From: an uncultured delta proteobacterium
GTDB taxonomy: Bacteria > Myxococcota_A > Polyangia > Polyangiales > Polyangiaceae
NCBI GenBank assembly: GCA_963782055.1
Contig: CAWAIF010000003.1
Coordinates: 6,304,001 to 6,368,000 of the forward strand
DNA length: 64,000 bases
Direction: 5' to 3'
The notes under the pieces are model-generated. The model ran no database searches, was not told where the DNA came from, and saw nothing but the letters and a program-made list of their open reading frames with translations. Both the position numbers and the translations under genes were made by a program. Numbering within the stretch: position 1 is the stretch's first letter; every line of letters begins with the position of its first letter. Positions 10,131-20,340 of this stretch are shown here, in pieces.

Positions 10131-10973
10131 TCACCAGAGGACGGCGATCACGACCGACGCGACCACGGCCACCGCGCACACGAGGGTGGCGACGGCGGCG
10201 GCGGCGTACGACGCGCGCAGCGCGGGCCGCGCCTCCTCCCCGACGAGATGGTAGCAGCCCTTGAGGAAGGCGCGGCTGGAGCGTGTCGGCAGGCCGACGC
10301 TCAGGCCGAGCAAGCCGAACGCGCGCGCCGGGCCCTCCTTGAAGAGGAGCACGAAGAAGCCGATGGGACCGAGCACCAGATCCCAGCCGGCCGCGTAGAG
10401 ACCGAAGCGCAGCGCGCGGCGCGGCGAGCGGCGATCCTGCGGCGCGCCGCGGTCCATCGCCCACCCGTGGGCGGCGTGCGCCGCGACGAGCAGCGTGGTC
10501 AGACCGGCGACGGCCACCAGGCTGACGCGAAGGGCGAGGCCGAGGCTGGACAGGTCCAGGTGCACCCCGACGGCGAGCAGGGCGGCGACGAAGGTGAGGC
10601 CGAGCGCGGCGAGCATCGACGACGCGGCGAGCAGCTCCGCCAGCAAGGCGAAGCGGAAGGCGGGGAGCATCGGGCCGTCGGGCAGCGACTCGAAGAAGGC
10701 CTCGGCGTTGTGGGTGGCGGCGCGGGCGGTCGCCCAGACGCGGCCCAGCGCGGGGCCTGGCCGCTCCCACGCCACGATGGAGATGACGCCGGAGCGCGAG
10801 CGCTCCTCGGCGCAGCCAGGGCAGTCGGGATCGCCACAGAAGGCGCAGACGACGGCGGCGGGGACCTCCACCAGGTCGTCGCGAGGCGCAGCGGTGCCGG
10901 CGACGGCAGACGGATCCCGGGCGAGCTCCGGCTCGCGCTCCGGGTCCCGCGGAAGGCGCTTGGCGGGCGACAT
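10131..10973 (-). CDS. Membrane protein with N-terminal CxxC...CxxC motif
   Basis: CAFCGDPDCPGC followed by several hydrophobic helices. Confidence 0.7.
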   Translation of the reverse strand: MSPAKRLPRDPEREPELARDPSAVAGTAAPRDDLVEVPAAVVCAFCGDPDCPGCAEERSRSGVISIVAWERPGPALGRVWATARAATHNAEAFFESLPDGPMLPAFRFALLAELLAASSMLAALGLTFVAALLAVGVHLDLSSLGLALRVSLVAVAGLTTLLVAAHAAHGWAMDRGAPQDRRSPRRALRFGLYAAGWDLVLGPIGFFVLLFKEGPARAFGLLGLSVGLPTRSSRAFLKGCYHLVGEEARPALRASYAAAAVATLVCAVAVVASVVIAVLW

Positions 10974-11103
10974 CGAAGACAAAGCATGGCTCAAGCGGAG
11001 GCGAATTGCCACACGCCCGTGTTCGGGGCCCTCCGCAAGCAGGCTGACGGTCGGGGGGCGGCGGGAGGCACGCGGGGAGGAGGGGGTGGTACCCTGCCGG
11101 GAC

Positions 11104-14100
11104 ATGCGGCCGGGGGAAGTCGTCGCGGAGCGCTTCGCCATCCAGCACCTGGCCGGCACCGGGGGCATGGGCGCGGTCTACAAGGCGCTCGACCGCCTCA
11201 CCGGCGAGGTGGTGGCGCTCAAGACGCTGACCGGGGCGAGCCCGGACAGCCGCGACCGCCTCGCCCGCGAGGGGCAGGCGCTCGCGCAGCTCCGCCACCC
11301 CCACGTGGTGCGCTACGTGACCCACGGCGCGACCCCGCAGGGCGAGCCCTTCGTGGCCATGGACTGGGTGGAGGGCGAGACGCTCGGCCGCCGGCTGCAG
11401 CGCGAGGGGCTCACCGCCCGCGCCGGCTTGCTGCTCGGCGCGCGGCTCGCCGAGGCGCTGGCGTACGCCCACGAGCGCGGCGTGCTGCACCGCGACGTGA
11501 AGCCGGGCAACGTGATGCTGCGCGGCGGAGCGCCGGCGGACCCGGTGCTGGTCGACTTCGGCGTGGCGCGTCTGGAGGCGGGGTACGCCTCGCTGACGCA
11601 GACCGGGATGATGATCGGGACGCCCACGTACATGGCGCCGGAGCAGGCGCGCGGCGCGCGCGACGTGGACCGACGGGCGGACGTCTTCGCCCTCGGCTGC
11701 CTGCTCTTCCGCTGCCTCGCAGGGCGCGTCCCCTTCGAGGGCGAGGACGCCCTTGCGGTCCTCGCCAAGGTGCTGCTGGACGATCCGCCGCGCCTCGGGA
11801 CGCTGCGGCCGGACCTTCCGCTCGAGGTGGACGACCTGATCCACGCCATGCTCGCGAAGGAGCGCGACGACCGACCCGCCGACGCGCGCGAGATCGCCGC
11901 GCGCCTCGCGGCGCTGGCAGAGCGGGCCGAGGACGCCGGCGCGCCGTCCCGCCCGCGCGAGCGCATCACCATGACGGAGCGCCGGCTGCTCGGGCTCATC
12001 GCCGCCGACACACGCCTGCGCCTCGCCGACGACGACGAGTCACGCGCGCCCGCGTCGGCGCTCTTGGCCCGCGTGTCGGCGGCGACGCGCCCCTTCCGCG
12101 CGCAGTGCGACGTGCTCGCCAGCGGCTCGCTGGTGATCGCGCTCTCCGGCCGCCCGAGCGCCACCGACCTCGCCAGCGACGCGGCGCGCTGCGCGCTCCT
12201 GCTGCGCGACGAGGTACCCGGCGTGGCGATGGTGCTGGTCACCGGCCGCGCGGTGATGGGCGGCGAGGGCGCGGGAGAGTCGCGCGCGACGACCGTCGGC
12301 GCCGCCGGCGACGTCTTCGAGCGGGCGACGCGCCTGCTGCGGCGTCACGCGCGCGGCGACGGCGCGCCGGGCGTCCGCGTCGACGATGCCACGCGTGATC
12401 TGCTCGACCCCCGCTTCGACGTCGCGCCCGCCAAGGGCGGCCCGGTGCTGCGGGGGATGCGCGCGGCCGCGGAGCCCATCCGCACGCTGCTCGGCAAGCC
12501 GACGCCGTGCGTCGGGCGGGAACGCGAGCTGCGGGTGCTCGAGGCGACGCTGGACGAGTGCGTGTCGGAGGAGCTCTCGCGCGCGGTGCTCGTCACCGCC
12601 GACGCCGGGATGGGCAAGTCGCGCCTGCGCCACGAGTTCTTGCGGCGCGCGCGCGAGGGCCACGCTTCGCTGGAGGTGCTGCTCGGGCGCGGGGACCCGC
12701 TGACCTCCAGCTCGCCCTACGCGATCCTGGGGCAGGCGCTCCGCAAGGCGGCCGGCGTGCGGCAGGGTGAGCCCGCCGTCGAGCGCGCGGCGAAGCTGGC
12801 AGCGTTCGTCGGACGCGACGTGCGCGCGGAGGACCGCGCGCGCGTCGTGGCCTTCGTCGGCGAGATGGTCGGCGTGCCCGCCGCGGGGGAGCCGGGCGCG
12901 CAGGTCCTCGCGGCGCGCCGAGACCCCATCCTGATGAAGGACCAGACGCGCCGCGCCTTCGAGGACTGGTTACGTGCAGAATGCATACATCACCCGGTAC
13001 TGATCGTGCTGGAGGACGTGCACTGGGCGGACACGTCGTCGATGCGCCTGCTCGATGCGACGATGAGCGTCCTGCCGGAGTCGCCCCTGATGCTCCTCGC
13101 CCTGGCGCGCCCGGAGGTCGACGCCCAGCTCCCGGGGCTCTGGCAGGAGCGCGGGGCGCAGCGGCTGCCCTTGACCCCGCTCTCGCGCAAGGCGTCGGAG
13201 AAGCTGGTGCGCGAGGCGATCGGCGATCGCGTCTCGGCGGAGGCGTGCGCGCGCATCGCGGCGGTCGCCGCGGGCAACGCCTTCTACCTGGAGGAGCTCA
13301 TCCGCGCCGCCTCCGGCGGCGAGGCGGGCGCGGTGCCGGAGTCGGTCCGCGCGATGGTCCAGGCGCGGCTGGAGGCGCTCGAGCCCCAGGCGCGGCGCGT
13401 GCTGCGCGCGGCGAGCCTCTTCGGCGAGACCTTCTGGGTCGGCGGCGTGCGCGCGCTCGTCGGCGAGGCGGCGGCGCGGAGCGAGGCGCCGACGATGGCG
13501 ACCGGCGGCGCCCGCGCCCGGACGACGGGCGAGATCGAGGCGTGGCTGGCGGATCTGGGCGAGCGCGAGCTGGTCGCGCGCCGGCCCGAGGCGCGCTTCC
13601 CCGACGAGCAGGAGTACGTCTTCCGCCACGACATCGTGCGCGAGGCGGCGTACGGCATGCTCACCGAGAAGGACGCGGGCCTCGGCCACCGGCTGGCGGC
13701 GGAGTGGCTGGTGGGTGTCGGCGAGGGCGACGCGCTCCTCGTGGCGGAGCACTTCGAGCGCGGCGATCAGCGCGAGCTCGCGGCGCCCTGGCTCGCTCAG
13801 GCCGCCGAGATGGCGCTCGACTCCAACGACTTCGCCCTGGTGCTCTCCACGGCGACGCGCGCCAGGGCGTGCGGGGCCGACGGCGAGGTGCTCGGGCGCG
13901 CGCGGCTCGCCGAGTCGGAGGCGCACAGGTGGCGCGGCGAGACCCGCGAGGCGCAGCTCGCCGCGGAGGACGCGCTCGCTCACCTGGAGGAGGGCACCGG
14001 GCGGTGGGTCGACGCGGTGGCGGCGGTCGCGTTCACCAGCGGCTACCAGGGCGACACCGACACCCTCGAGCGCATGGCCCACGTGCTGCTCGCGCACACG

Positions 14101-15057
14101 CGCCGCGTCGCGGAGGGGGCGCAGCGGGAGACCATCTTCGCCCTGGCGCAGGTCGCCCGGAGCGTGGCGGTCCACGGGCGGCCGGAGCTGGGCGAGCGCC
14201 TGATGCGGGAGACGGACCGCCTCGCCACGCCGCTCATGACCAGCGACCCCGCGGTCGCCGCGCGCGTGCACGCAGCGCGCGCCCTCGAGGCCATCAGCGC
14301 GGGCGATCACGCTGGCTTCCTCGCCCGGGTCCGCGACTCGCGCGACCAGTACGCGGCGGCCGGCGACCTGCGCAACGAGGCGTCGCAGGACACCAACGTG
14401 GGCTACGCCCTCGGTCAGCTCGGCCGCTACGAGGAGTCGGAGACGGTCCTGCGCGCGCGCCTCGCCGCCGCCGAGCGCGCAGGGTTCGCCACGACCGCGC
14501 TGCACGCGCTGCAGAACCTCGGGTTCGTGCTGCTCCGCCTCGGCAGGATGGAGGAGGCGGAGCGCATCCAGCTCGAGGTGATCGAGACCGCGAAGCAACA
14601 GGGGGCGCTTCGCTACGTCGCCAACGGGCACGCGTCGCTCTCCATCATCGCCCTGGCGCTGGGCCAGACGGATCGCGCCGTGGAGGAGGGCCTGGCCGCC
14701 GTGAGCGCCACCGCGACCGACAGCCCGCGTCATGCGTACGCGCTCACCACTCTCGCCGACGCGCTGCTCGCGCGGGGGGAGACCGACGAAGCGTGCCGGC
14801 GCGCGGCCACCGCGATGGACCTGGTGAAGCGCGTGGGCTCCTTCGACATCGGCGAGGCCTACGTGCGCGTGGTGCACGCGGAGGCGTTGCTCGCGGCCGG
14901 CCGCGAGGAGGAGGCCGCCGCGGCGACGCGCGAGGCGCGCGACGAGGTCCTGCGGCGCGCGAACCTCGTCGGCGAGGCGGACCGCGAGACCTTCGTGCGG
15001 GCGGTGCCGGAGAACCGGCGCATCCTTCGCCTCGCCACCCAGCTGCTCGCGGGGTGA
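11104..15057 (+). CDS. Multidomain Ser/Thr kinase with degenerate cyclase-like region, AAA/STAND-type ATPase and TPR repeats
   Basis: GTGGMGAVY, HRDVKPGN, DFG and APE motifs; CVGRERE, Walker A ADAGMGKS, LEDVHWAD, GNAFYLEEL; helical TPR-like C-terminus. Confidence 0.9.
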   Translation: MRPGEVVAERFAIQHLAGTGGMGAVYKALDRLTGEVVALKTLTGASPDSRDRLAREGQALAQLRHPHVVRYVTHGATPQGEPFVAMDWVEGETLGRRLQREGLTARAGLLLGARLAEALAYAHERGVLHRDVKPGNVMLRGGAPADPVLVDFGVARLEAGYASLTQTGMMIGTPTYMAPEQARGARDVDRRADVFALGCLLFRCLAGRVPFEGEDALAVLAKVLLDDPPRLGTLRPDLPLEVDDLIHAMLAKERDDRPADAREIAARLAALAERAEDAGAPSRPRERITMTERRLLGLIAADTRLRLADDDESRAPASALLARVSAATRPFRAQCDVLASGSLVIALSGRPSATDLASDAARCALLLRDEVPGVAMVLVTGRAVMGGEGAGESRATTVGAAGDVFERATRLLRRHARGDGAPGVRVDDATRDLLDPRFDVAPAKGGPVLRGMRAAAEPIRTLLGKPTPCVGRERELRVLEATLDECVSEELSRAVLVTADAGMGKSRLRHEFLRRAREGHASLEVLLGRGDPLTSSSPYAILGQALRKAAGVRQGEPAVERAAKLAAFVGRDVRAEDRARVVAFVGEMVGVPAAGEPGAQVLAARRDPILMKDQTRRAFEDWLRAECIHHPVLIVLEDVHWADTSSMRLLDATMSVLPESPLMLLALARPEVDAQLPGLWQERGAQRLPLTPLSRKASEKLVREAIGDRVSAEACARIAAVAAGNAFYLEELIRAASGGEAGAVPESVRAMVQARLEALEPQARRVLRAASLFGETFWVGGVRALVGEAAARSEAPTMATGGARARTTGEIEAWLADLGERELVARRPEARFPDEQEYVFRHDIVREAAYGMLTEKDAGLGHRLAAEWLVGVGEGDALLVAEHFERGDQRELAAPWLAQAAEMALDSNDFALVLSTATRARACGADGEVLGRARLAESEAHRWRGETREAQLAAEDALAHLEEGTGRWVDAVAAVAFTSGYQGDTDTLERMAHVLLAHTRRVAEGAQRETIFALAQVARSVAVHGRPELGERLMRETDRLATPLMTSDPAVAARVHAARALEAISAGDHAGFLARVRDSRDQYAAAGDLRNEASQDTNVGYALGQLGRYEESETVLRARLAAAERAGFATTALHALQNLGFVLLRLGRMEEAERIQLEVIETAKQQGALRYVANGHASLSIIALALGQTDRAVEEGLAAVSATATDSPRHAYALTTLADALLARGETDEACRRAATAMDLVKRVGSFDIGEAYVRVVHAEALLAAGREEEAAAATREARDEVLRRANLVGEADRETFVRAVPENRRILRLATQLLAG

Positions 15058-15076
15058 GCCCGCGCGGATTCACCTC

Positions 15077-15697
15077 TCAGTGCAGCACCTGACCGTGCGA
15101 GGTGCCGCGGGAGACCTCGATGTCGTCGACACGCCCGCCGAAGCGCAGCGAGAGCACCAGCGCCACCGCCGAGAGGCCGAGGGAGAGCCAGAAGGCGGGC
15201 TCGTACGTGAAGCGCAGCGGGACCAGCCCCCCGTGGGGCGGCCGCAGCCACAGGATGACGCACGTGATCAGCGGCGCGGCGGCGAGGAAGGCCGCCGCCA
15301 CGCGCGCGCCGCGCATCTTGACGATGCTGCGGCGGCTGAGCACCGTCGGGATGAGCACCAGCCAGCCCACGCCCGCGCCCCACGCCCAGCCGAGCCGGCG
15401 GGCGAGGAAGAACCCGGTGAGCCGCACGTCGTCGGGCAGGGTGACGTGGATCCACGGGAAGAAGAAGAGGGCGATGCCCAGCAGGCCGCAGACGGCGAGC
15501 AGCCCCCTTCCCCGCGCGACGTAGGTCCACTTCAGCGGCTCGCTCGCGGGGTCGACCGGGACGCCGTCCTCGCTCATCGCGTCGTGGGAGGGGGGCAGCT
15601 TCTCGAAGGCGACCAGGGACATGCCGCACACCGGGCACTCCTTCGCCTCGTCTTGCTGGAACATCTCCCGGCAGAAGGGACAGGCTACGAGTGCCAT
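15077..15697 (-). CDS. Zinc-ribbon membrane protein
   Basis: MALVACPFCREMF...ECPVCG followed by four hydrophobic segments. Confidence 0.7.
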   Translation of the reverse strand: MALVACPFCREMFQQDEAKECPVCGMSLVAFEKLPPSHDAMSEDGVPVDPASEPLKWTYVARGRGLLAVCGLLGIALFFFPWIHVTLPDDVRLTGFFLARRLGWAWGAGVGWLVLIPTVLSRRSIVKMRGARVAAAFLAAAPLITCVILWLRPPHGGLVPLRFTYEPAFWLSLGLSAVALVLSLRFGGRVDDIEVSRGTSHGQVLH

Positions 15698-15844
15698 GCG
15701 GGACCGGCGGGGAGCATAGCGCGAAGCGCCCTCCCGTCTCTGGGAGCGGGGAAAGGAGGCCATCGAAGGGGCGGACACCGCGCCGCGGCCGGAGTTCCGC
15801 GCGCCCGCGGCGCACGTTGGGGGGCGCGTGCCGCCCCTCGCCGA

Positions 15845-16543
15845 TCAGCCGCCCGCAGGCTCAGCCACGAGGGCCGCGCTGGCCGCCGCGCGCTCCGCCT
15901 GCCGCTTGCTGCCGCCCTCCCCCCGAGCGAGGGCGACCTCCTTCACCTTCACCTCGACGATGAAGTGGGGGGCGTGGGCCGGCCCCTCCGCGCTCACCAC
16001 GTGGTAGGTGGGCGCCGGATCGCCCCGGGCCTGCACACGCTCCTGCAGCTCGCTCTTCGGGTCGCGGCCGCTGGAGGAGGCCGGCTCGCCGTTCTCCCGC
16101 ACGATCTCCGCCACCAGGCGCCGCACGCCGACCATGCCGTGCGCTTCGTAGACGGCGGCGACGAGCGCCTCGACCGCATCGGCGATCACGTTCGTCTGCG
16201 CCTGCTCGACGCTCATGCGCGCGCCGCGACCCAGCGCGATGCACCCGCCCAGCCCGACCGCACGCCCCCACCGCGCCAGCGCCTCGGCGTTGACCAGGGC
16301 GCTGCGCATGCGCGTGAGGGTGCCCTCGTCGGCCTCGGGGAAGTCCTGACAGAGCTGCTCGCTCACGCACACGCCCAGCACCGCGTCGCCCAGAAACTCC
16401 AGGCGCTGGTTGTCCGACGCGCCCGTCTCGTTGGAGTACGACGGGTGGGTGAGCGCCTCGACCAGCCGCGGGATCGTAGCGTCGGAGCCTGTCGTCAGGG
16501 CCAGCCGGACGGCGAGCGCCTCGCGCGCCTCCTCCAGGTTCAT
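15845..16543 (-). CDS. rnc: Ribonuclease III
   Basis: ALTHPSY, NQRLEFLGDAVL, ADAVEALVAAVY and a dsRBD (DPKSELQE...GEGGSKRQAERAAA). Confidence 0.95.
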   Translation of the reverse strand: MNLEEAREALAVRLALTTGSDATIPRLVEALTHPSYSNETGASDNQRLEFLGDAVLGVCVSEQLCQDFPEADEGTLTRMRSALVNAEALARWGRAVGLGGCIALGRGARMSVEQAQTNVIADAVEALVAAVYEAHGMVGVRRLVAEIVRENGEPASSSGRDPKSELQERVQARGDPAPTYHVVSAEGPAHAPHFIVEVKVKEVALARGEGGSKRQAERAAASAALVAEPAGG

Positions 16544-16839
16544 GCGAAGGCGTCCGTGGCCTCGGCGAGGGCGAGGTCCAGCTCGGTGACGCCCTTCTGG
16601 TCGTGCGTCGTCCACACCACGCGCGCGCGCCCCCACCCGAGCTCCACGTCGGGGTGGTGATCGCGCTTCTCCGCGGCGAGCCCCACGCGCACCACGAAGG
16701 CGAGCGCGGCGGAGAAATCGGGGAAGGTGAAGGCGCGCGCGATGGCGTCCTGCTCGCCGGCGCGGACCTTCTCCCAGCCGCCGTGGGCGCGCAGCCACGC
16801 GTCGATGGCCGCGGGTTCCAGCTTCTGAGGCCGAGTCAT
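16540..16839 (-). CDS. phhB: Pterin-4-alpha-carbinolamine dehydratase
   Basis: AEKRDHHPDV...WTTHDQKGVTELDLALA motif; 4-nt overlap with rnc. Confidence 0.9.
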   Translation of the reverse strand: MTRPQKLEPAAIDAWLRAHGGWEKVRAGEQDAIARAFTFPDFSAALAFVVRVGLAAEKRDHHPDVELGWGRARVVWTTHDQKGVTELDLALAEATDAFA

Positions 16840-16891
16840 GCTCCGAGGGTGCCTCGTGTCGCGCGCGACGGCAAGACGCACGAACGCGCGC

Positions 16892-17860
16892 TCAGGGCGT
16901 CGTCGCGGGGGCGACCTGGCCGGGGCGCTTGCGCGGGACGATGGTGCCGTCCGGCGGGGCGACGTCGATGCCGTTGAGCAGCTCCGGCGCGTAGTCCTTC
17001 AGCTTCTGCGTCTTGAGATCCCCGATGAGCTTCTTCGTCTCCGCGTCCACGCGGTCGCGGTAGATCGCGCTCTGGATTTGCTCTTTGACGTCATCGACCG
17101 AGCGGTGGCTCGCGCCCACCGTCCCGCGGCGCCAGACGACGGCGAAGTCGGGGCCCTCGGGCACCGGCTGCGGCACCATCTGCCCGTCCCGCACCGTCGT
17201 CGCCGCCTTGACCACGCCGGGGTCCACCTTGAGGCCCGCCTCGTTGGAGGTGCCGTCCGGCGCGACGAAGCCGAGGTTGCCGCCGCGCAGGTTGGTGGCC
17301 TTGTCCACGCTGTGATCGCGCGCGAGCTTGTTCCAGGTGGAGAGGGACTGGTCCTTCTTGGCCGCGGCGAGCACCGTCTCCGCTTCCTCCCGGGTGGCGC
17401 AGAGGATCCGGTAGACGTTGTAGCGCTCCGGCGCGTCGTAGCGAGCCTTGTGCGCGTCGTAGTACTTGCGCACCTCGTCCATCGGGATGGCGGAGGCGGG
17501 GCCGAGGCGCGCGCGCAGCGCGCGGAGGGTGGCGTCGGCGCGGACGCGGTCCAGGTCGAAGCGGGTGGGGACCTTGTCGTCCAGGTGGCGAGCGCCGGCG
17601 CCGAGGGCGAAGAGGGTCTCCGGGACGAGCACCTCGTTCAAGAACTTCCTGCGGACGGCCTCTGGCGTGGCGCCGAAGGTGCGGAGCTGGAAGGGCGGGA
17701 CCTGCGCCAGCCGGTCCTCCAGCTCGCCCACGGTGATGTTGCGGGGGCCGACGGTGGCGACGACGGCCGCGCGGCGCTTGGCCTCGGCGTCCTGTGCGTG
17801 CGCCGCCCCGCCCGCCACGACCGCGAGCACGACCCCGACGACGACCGAGCGCAGGCGCAT
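16892..17860 (-). CDS. Periplasmic peptidyl-prolyl isomerase (PpiC/SurA-like)
   Basis: Signal peptide ending AHA; rotamase motif LARDHSVDKATNLRGGNLGFV. Confidence 0.8.
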   Translation of the reverse strand: MRLRSVVVGVVLAVVAGGAAHAQDAEAKRRAAVVATVGPRNITVGELEDRLAQVPPFQLRTFGATPEAVRRKFLNEVLVPETLFALGAGARHLDDKVPTRFDLDRVRADATLRALRARLGPASAIPMDEVRKYYDAHKARYDAPERYNVYRILCATREEAETVLAAAKKDQSLSTWNKLARDHSVDKATNLRGGNLGFVAPDGTSNEAGLKVDPGVVKAATTVRDGQMVPQPVPEGPDFAVVWRRGTVGASHRSVDDVKEQIQSAIYRDRVDAETKKLIGDLKTQKLKDYAPELLNGIDVAPPDGTIVPRKRPGQVAPATTP

Positions 17861-17931
17861 GCCCACCGTCTTAGAGGCACCCGGCCCGCGGCGCAACGGC
17901 AGAGCCCCACCGGGCGGGCGACCGGCGCGGC

Positions 17932-18420
17932 TCATCGGCGCTTGCGCTGGGCCGCCTCGCCGCGCGACTCGCGGAGCGACGCGCCGCGGTGGTTCTCGCG
18001 CTCCGGCTTGCCGAGCACGCCGGCGGCCTTGAGCACGTCCTCCCCGATGCCGAGGAAGCGATAGACCTCCGGCCGGAAGCCGTACGCGCGGTGGAGGCGC
18101 GAGACGGCGACGGCCACCTCCTCGCCGAGCACCGCCGACTTCTTCACCTTGGCGACCTTGCGCAACGAGCCCACCGTCTCCCCGAGCTCCAGCAGCTCCT
18201 GCACGTGGGCGAGGACGTCCAGCGGCTTGAGATCCCGGCTGCGGGCCTTGCCGCTCTCCAGCTCGCGCAGCAGGCGCAGGCGGCGCTTCTCGGTGCGGCC
18301 GTCCAGGCGGCGGCGACCGGCGGCGCGCCCGCCGAGCACGTCGTTGAAGTAGCGGGCAGCGCGACGCTTCTCGATGGCCTCCGGACTTCCGCGTCGATTG
18401 GCGGGCTTCGACTTCGCCAT
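17932..18420 (-). CDS. Small basic hypothetical protein
   Basis: Good codon bias; Lys/Arg-rich (MAKSKPANRRGSPEAIEKRRAAR...). Confidence 0.7.
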   Translation of the reverse strand: MAKSKPANRRGSPEAIEKRRAARYFNDVLGGRAAGRRRLDGRTEKRRLRLLRELESGKARSRDLKPLDVLAHVQELLELGETVGSLRKVAKVKKSAVLGEEVAVAVSRLHRAYGFRPEVYRFLGIGEDVLKAAGVLGKPERENHRGASLRESRGEAAQRKRR

Positions 18421-18651
18421 TTCACCCGGGACCCTAGTGCCCGCAGGCCATGGTGTCAATGCACCTTGTCAGGACGATCAATGGCCACAATGAGATGCAG
18501 ATCGGCCAATCAATCGACCCATCAAATACGCTTCCTCCCGCAGGTCCTCGCCCGCGCGTCCTCGTCCTCTTGCGCGCGGGTGGTCGTGGAACAGCAAGAT
18601 CTTCTGATCTTTCTGTGACCTGCCAGCGGCGATGGGCGGCGGACGCCGAGG

Positions 18652-20340
18652 CTACTTCGAGGCCGGGGGCATCTCGCTCACCGGGGGTGGGCCCTCGACG
18701 GGCAAGACCAGCCGGAACTCCGCGCCGCCGCCGCCCGGCGGCACGACGTACGCGAGCTCGCCGCCGTGCTCGATCGCGATGCGCTGCGCGATGGCGAGGC
18801 CCAGGCCCGTGCCGTGCTCCTTGCTCGTCGCGTACGGCTCGAAGAGGCGCGGCACCATCTCCGGCGCGACGCCCGGGCCATCGTCCTTCACGCTCGCCGC
18901 GACGCGGTCGCCGTCCAGCTTCTGCACGCGGACGGTCACCTCGCCCTTGCCCCGCTCGCGCAGCGCGTCGATGGCGTTCTGCACCAGGTTGGTGAGCACC
19001 TGCACGATCTGATCGCGATCGGCCATCACGTGGGGCACGCCCGCGCGCGCGTCGAAGCGCAGGCGCACCTCCCCGGCGGTGGGCTCGTGCAGCTTCACGA
19101 CCCCCCGCGCGAGGTCCACCAGGTCGACGTCCTGCGGCTTCGGCGGTGGGAGCCTCGCGAAGGCGGTGAACTCGGTGACGATACCGGCGATGCGGTGCAC
19201 CTCGTCGAGCACGGTGCGCGTCGCCTCGTCGAAGTACTCGTCGAACGCGGGGTCGGAGCGGGCGCGCAGCCGGCGCAGGGTCTCCACCGCGGCGCGGATG
19301 GGCGCGAGCGGGTTCTTCACCTCGTGCGCGACGCGACGCGCCACCTCGCGCCACGCCGCCACGCGCGTGGTGGCGGCCAGGCGGCGCCGCGTCGCCTCCA
19401 GGTCCTCCAGCATGCGGTCGAAGGCGCGGGTGAGCTCCGCCACCTCTCCCGAGCCGCGCACGCGGACCGGGCGCGCGTCGCCGCTGGCCACGCGACGCGC
19501 CTGCTCGGAGAGGTCGGAGAGGGGGCGGCTGAGGCCGCGGGCCAGGAGCACCGCGAGCAGCAGGGCGAGCGCCGCCGACGCGCCCCCGTACAGCGCGATG
19601 GTGCGGTCGATGTCGGCGAGCGTCTTGTCCAAGGCCGACTTGTCCTTGGAGACGACGATGGGGAAGCTGCCACCGTGCCCGTCGCCCACCTTGCACGTGG
19701 CCTTCGCTGTCGCGTCGGTGCTCACGGCGTCGCTGCCGCGCGCGACGCTCACGTTGACGGTCCGGCCGATGCGCTGGAGCAGCGGGTCCAGGTGGCGCGC
19801 CCCGAGCAGTCCGACGCCCGGCCCGCGCTTGCCGCCGCGCAGGCAGCGCAGCACCAGGCTGGGCTGCGACGGGAAGGTCGCGCCCTTCGGTGGGCTGTCC
19901 TCGATGACGTGGAGCGGATCGTCCTCGATCTGCGCGGCCGCCTCCTTCGGCGAGAGGCCGATGAGGTCGCGCGGATCGGCGCCCAGCACGTCGCCGCGGC
20001 CGTTGACGAGCACCAGCTCGTCCAGGTCGAAGGACTGCCGCTCGGCGGGCACCAGCGCGGCGAGAGCCACGCGGCGCTCGTCCAGATCGCCTGCCTCCAT
20101 CGCGAGCAGCGTGCGGTCCACCAGCTCCCCCGACGCGCACGCCCCGCCGAGCACCTTGCGGTCGGACTCGGCCTGACGGCGCACCTCGGCGTCGACGCGC
20201 GAGCACGCCGAGCGGACCTCGTCGTCGAAGCGCGCCGTCTCGGTGCTGCGGCGCTCCTCGCGCAGCGCGAGGCCCAGCCCGGCGGTCGACGCGACCACCA
20301 GCAGGCCGAAGGCGATGACGAAGCGCGGGGCCAGCCTCAT
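18652..20340 (-). CDS. Membrane sensor histidine kinase with HAMP domain (NtrY-like)
   Basis: Two TM helices, HAMP domain, H-box VAHEVKNPLAPI, N-box NLVQNA, DDGPG and GTGLGL. Confidence 0.9.
   Translation of the reverse strand: MRLAPRFVIAFGLLVVASTAGLGLALREERRSTETARFDDEVRSACSRVDAEVRRQAESDRKVLGGACASGELVDRTLLAMEAGDLDERRVALAALVPAERQSFDLDELVLVNGRGDVLGADPRDLIGLSPKEAAAQIEDDPLHVIEDSPPKGATFPSQPSLVLRCLRGGKRGPGVGLLGARHLDPLLQRIGRTVNVSVARGSDAVSTDATAKATCKVGDGHGGSFPIVVSKDKSALDKTLADIDRTIALYGGASAALALLLAVLLARGLSRPLSDLSEQARRVASGDARPVRVRGSGEVAELTRAFDRMLEDLEATRRRLAATTRVAAWREVARRVAHEVKNPLAPIRAAVETLRRLRARSDPAFDEYFDEATRTVLDEVHRIAGIVTEFTAFARLPPPKPQDVDLVDLARGVVKLHEPTAGEVRLRFDARAGVPHVMADRDQIVQVLTNLVQNAIDALRERGKGEVTVRVQKLDGDRVAASVKDDGPGVAPEMVPRLFEPYATSKEHGTGLGLAIAQRIAIEHGGELAYVVPPGGGGAEFRLVLPVEGPPPVSEMPPASK

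Noticed and set aside
12965..13005. Short rare-codon, AT-richer patches inside genes (also 6781-6810)
   Set aside because: The frame and conserved protein context are preserved; too short to support an insertion or internal promoter.
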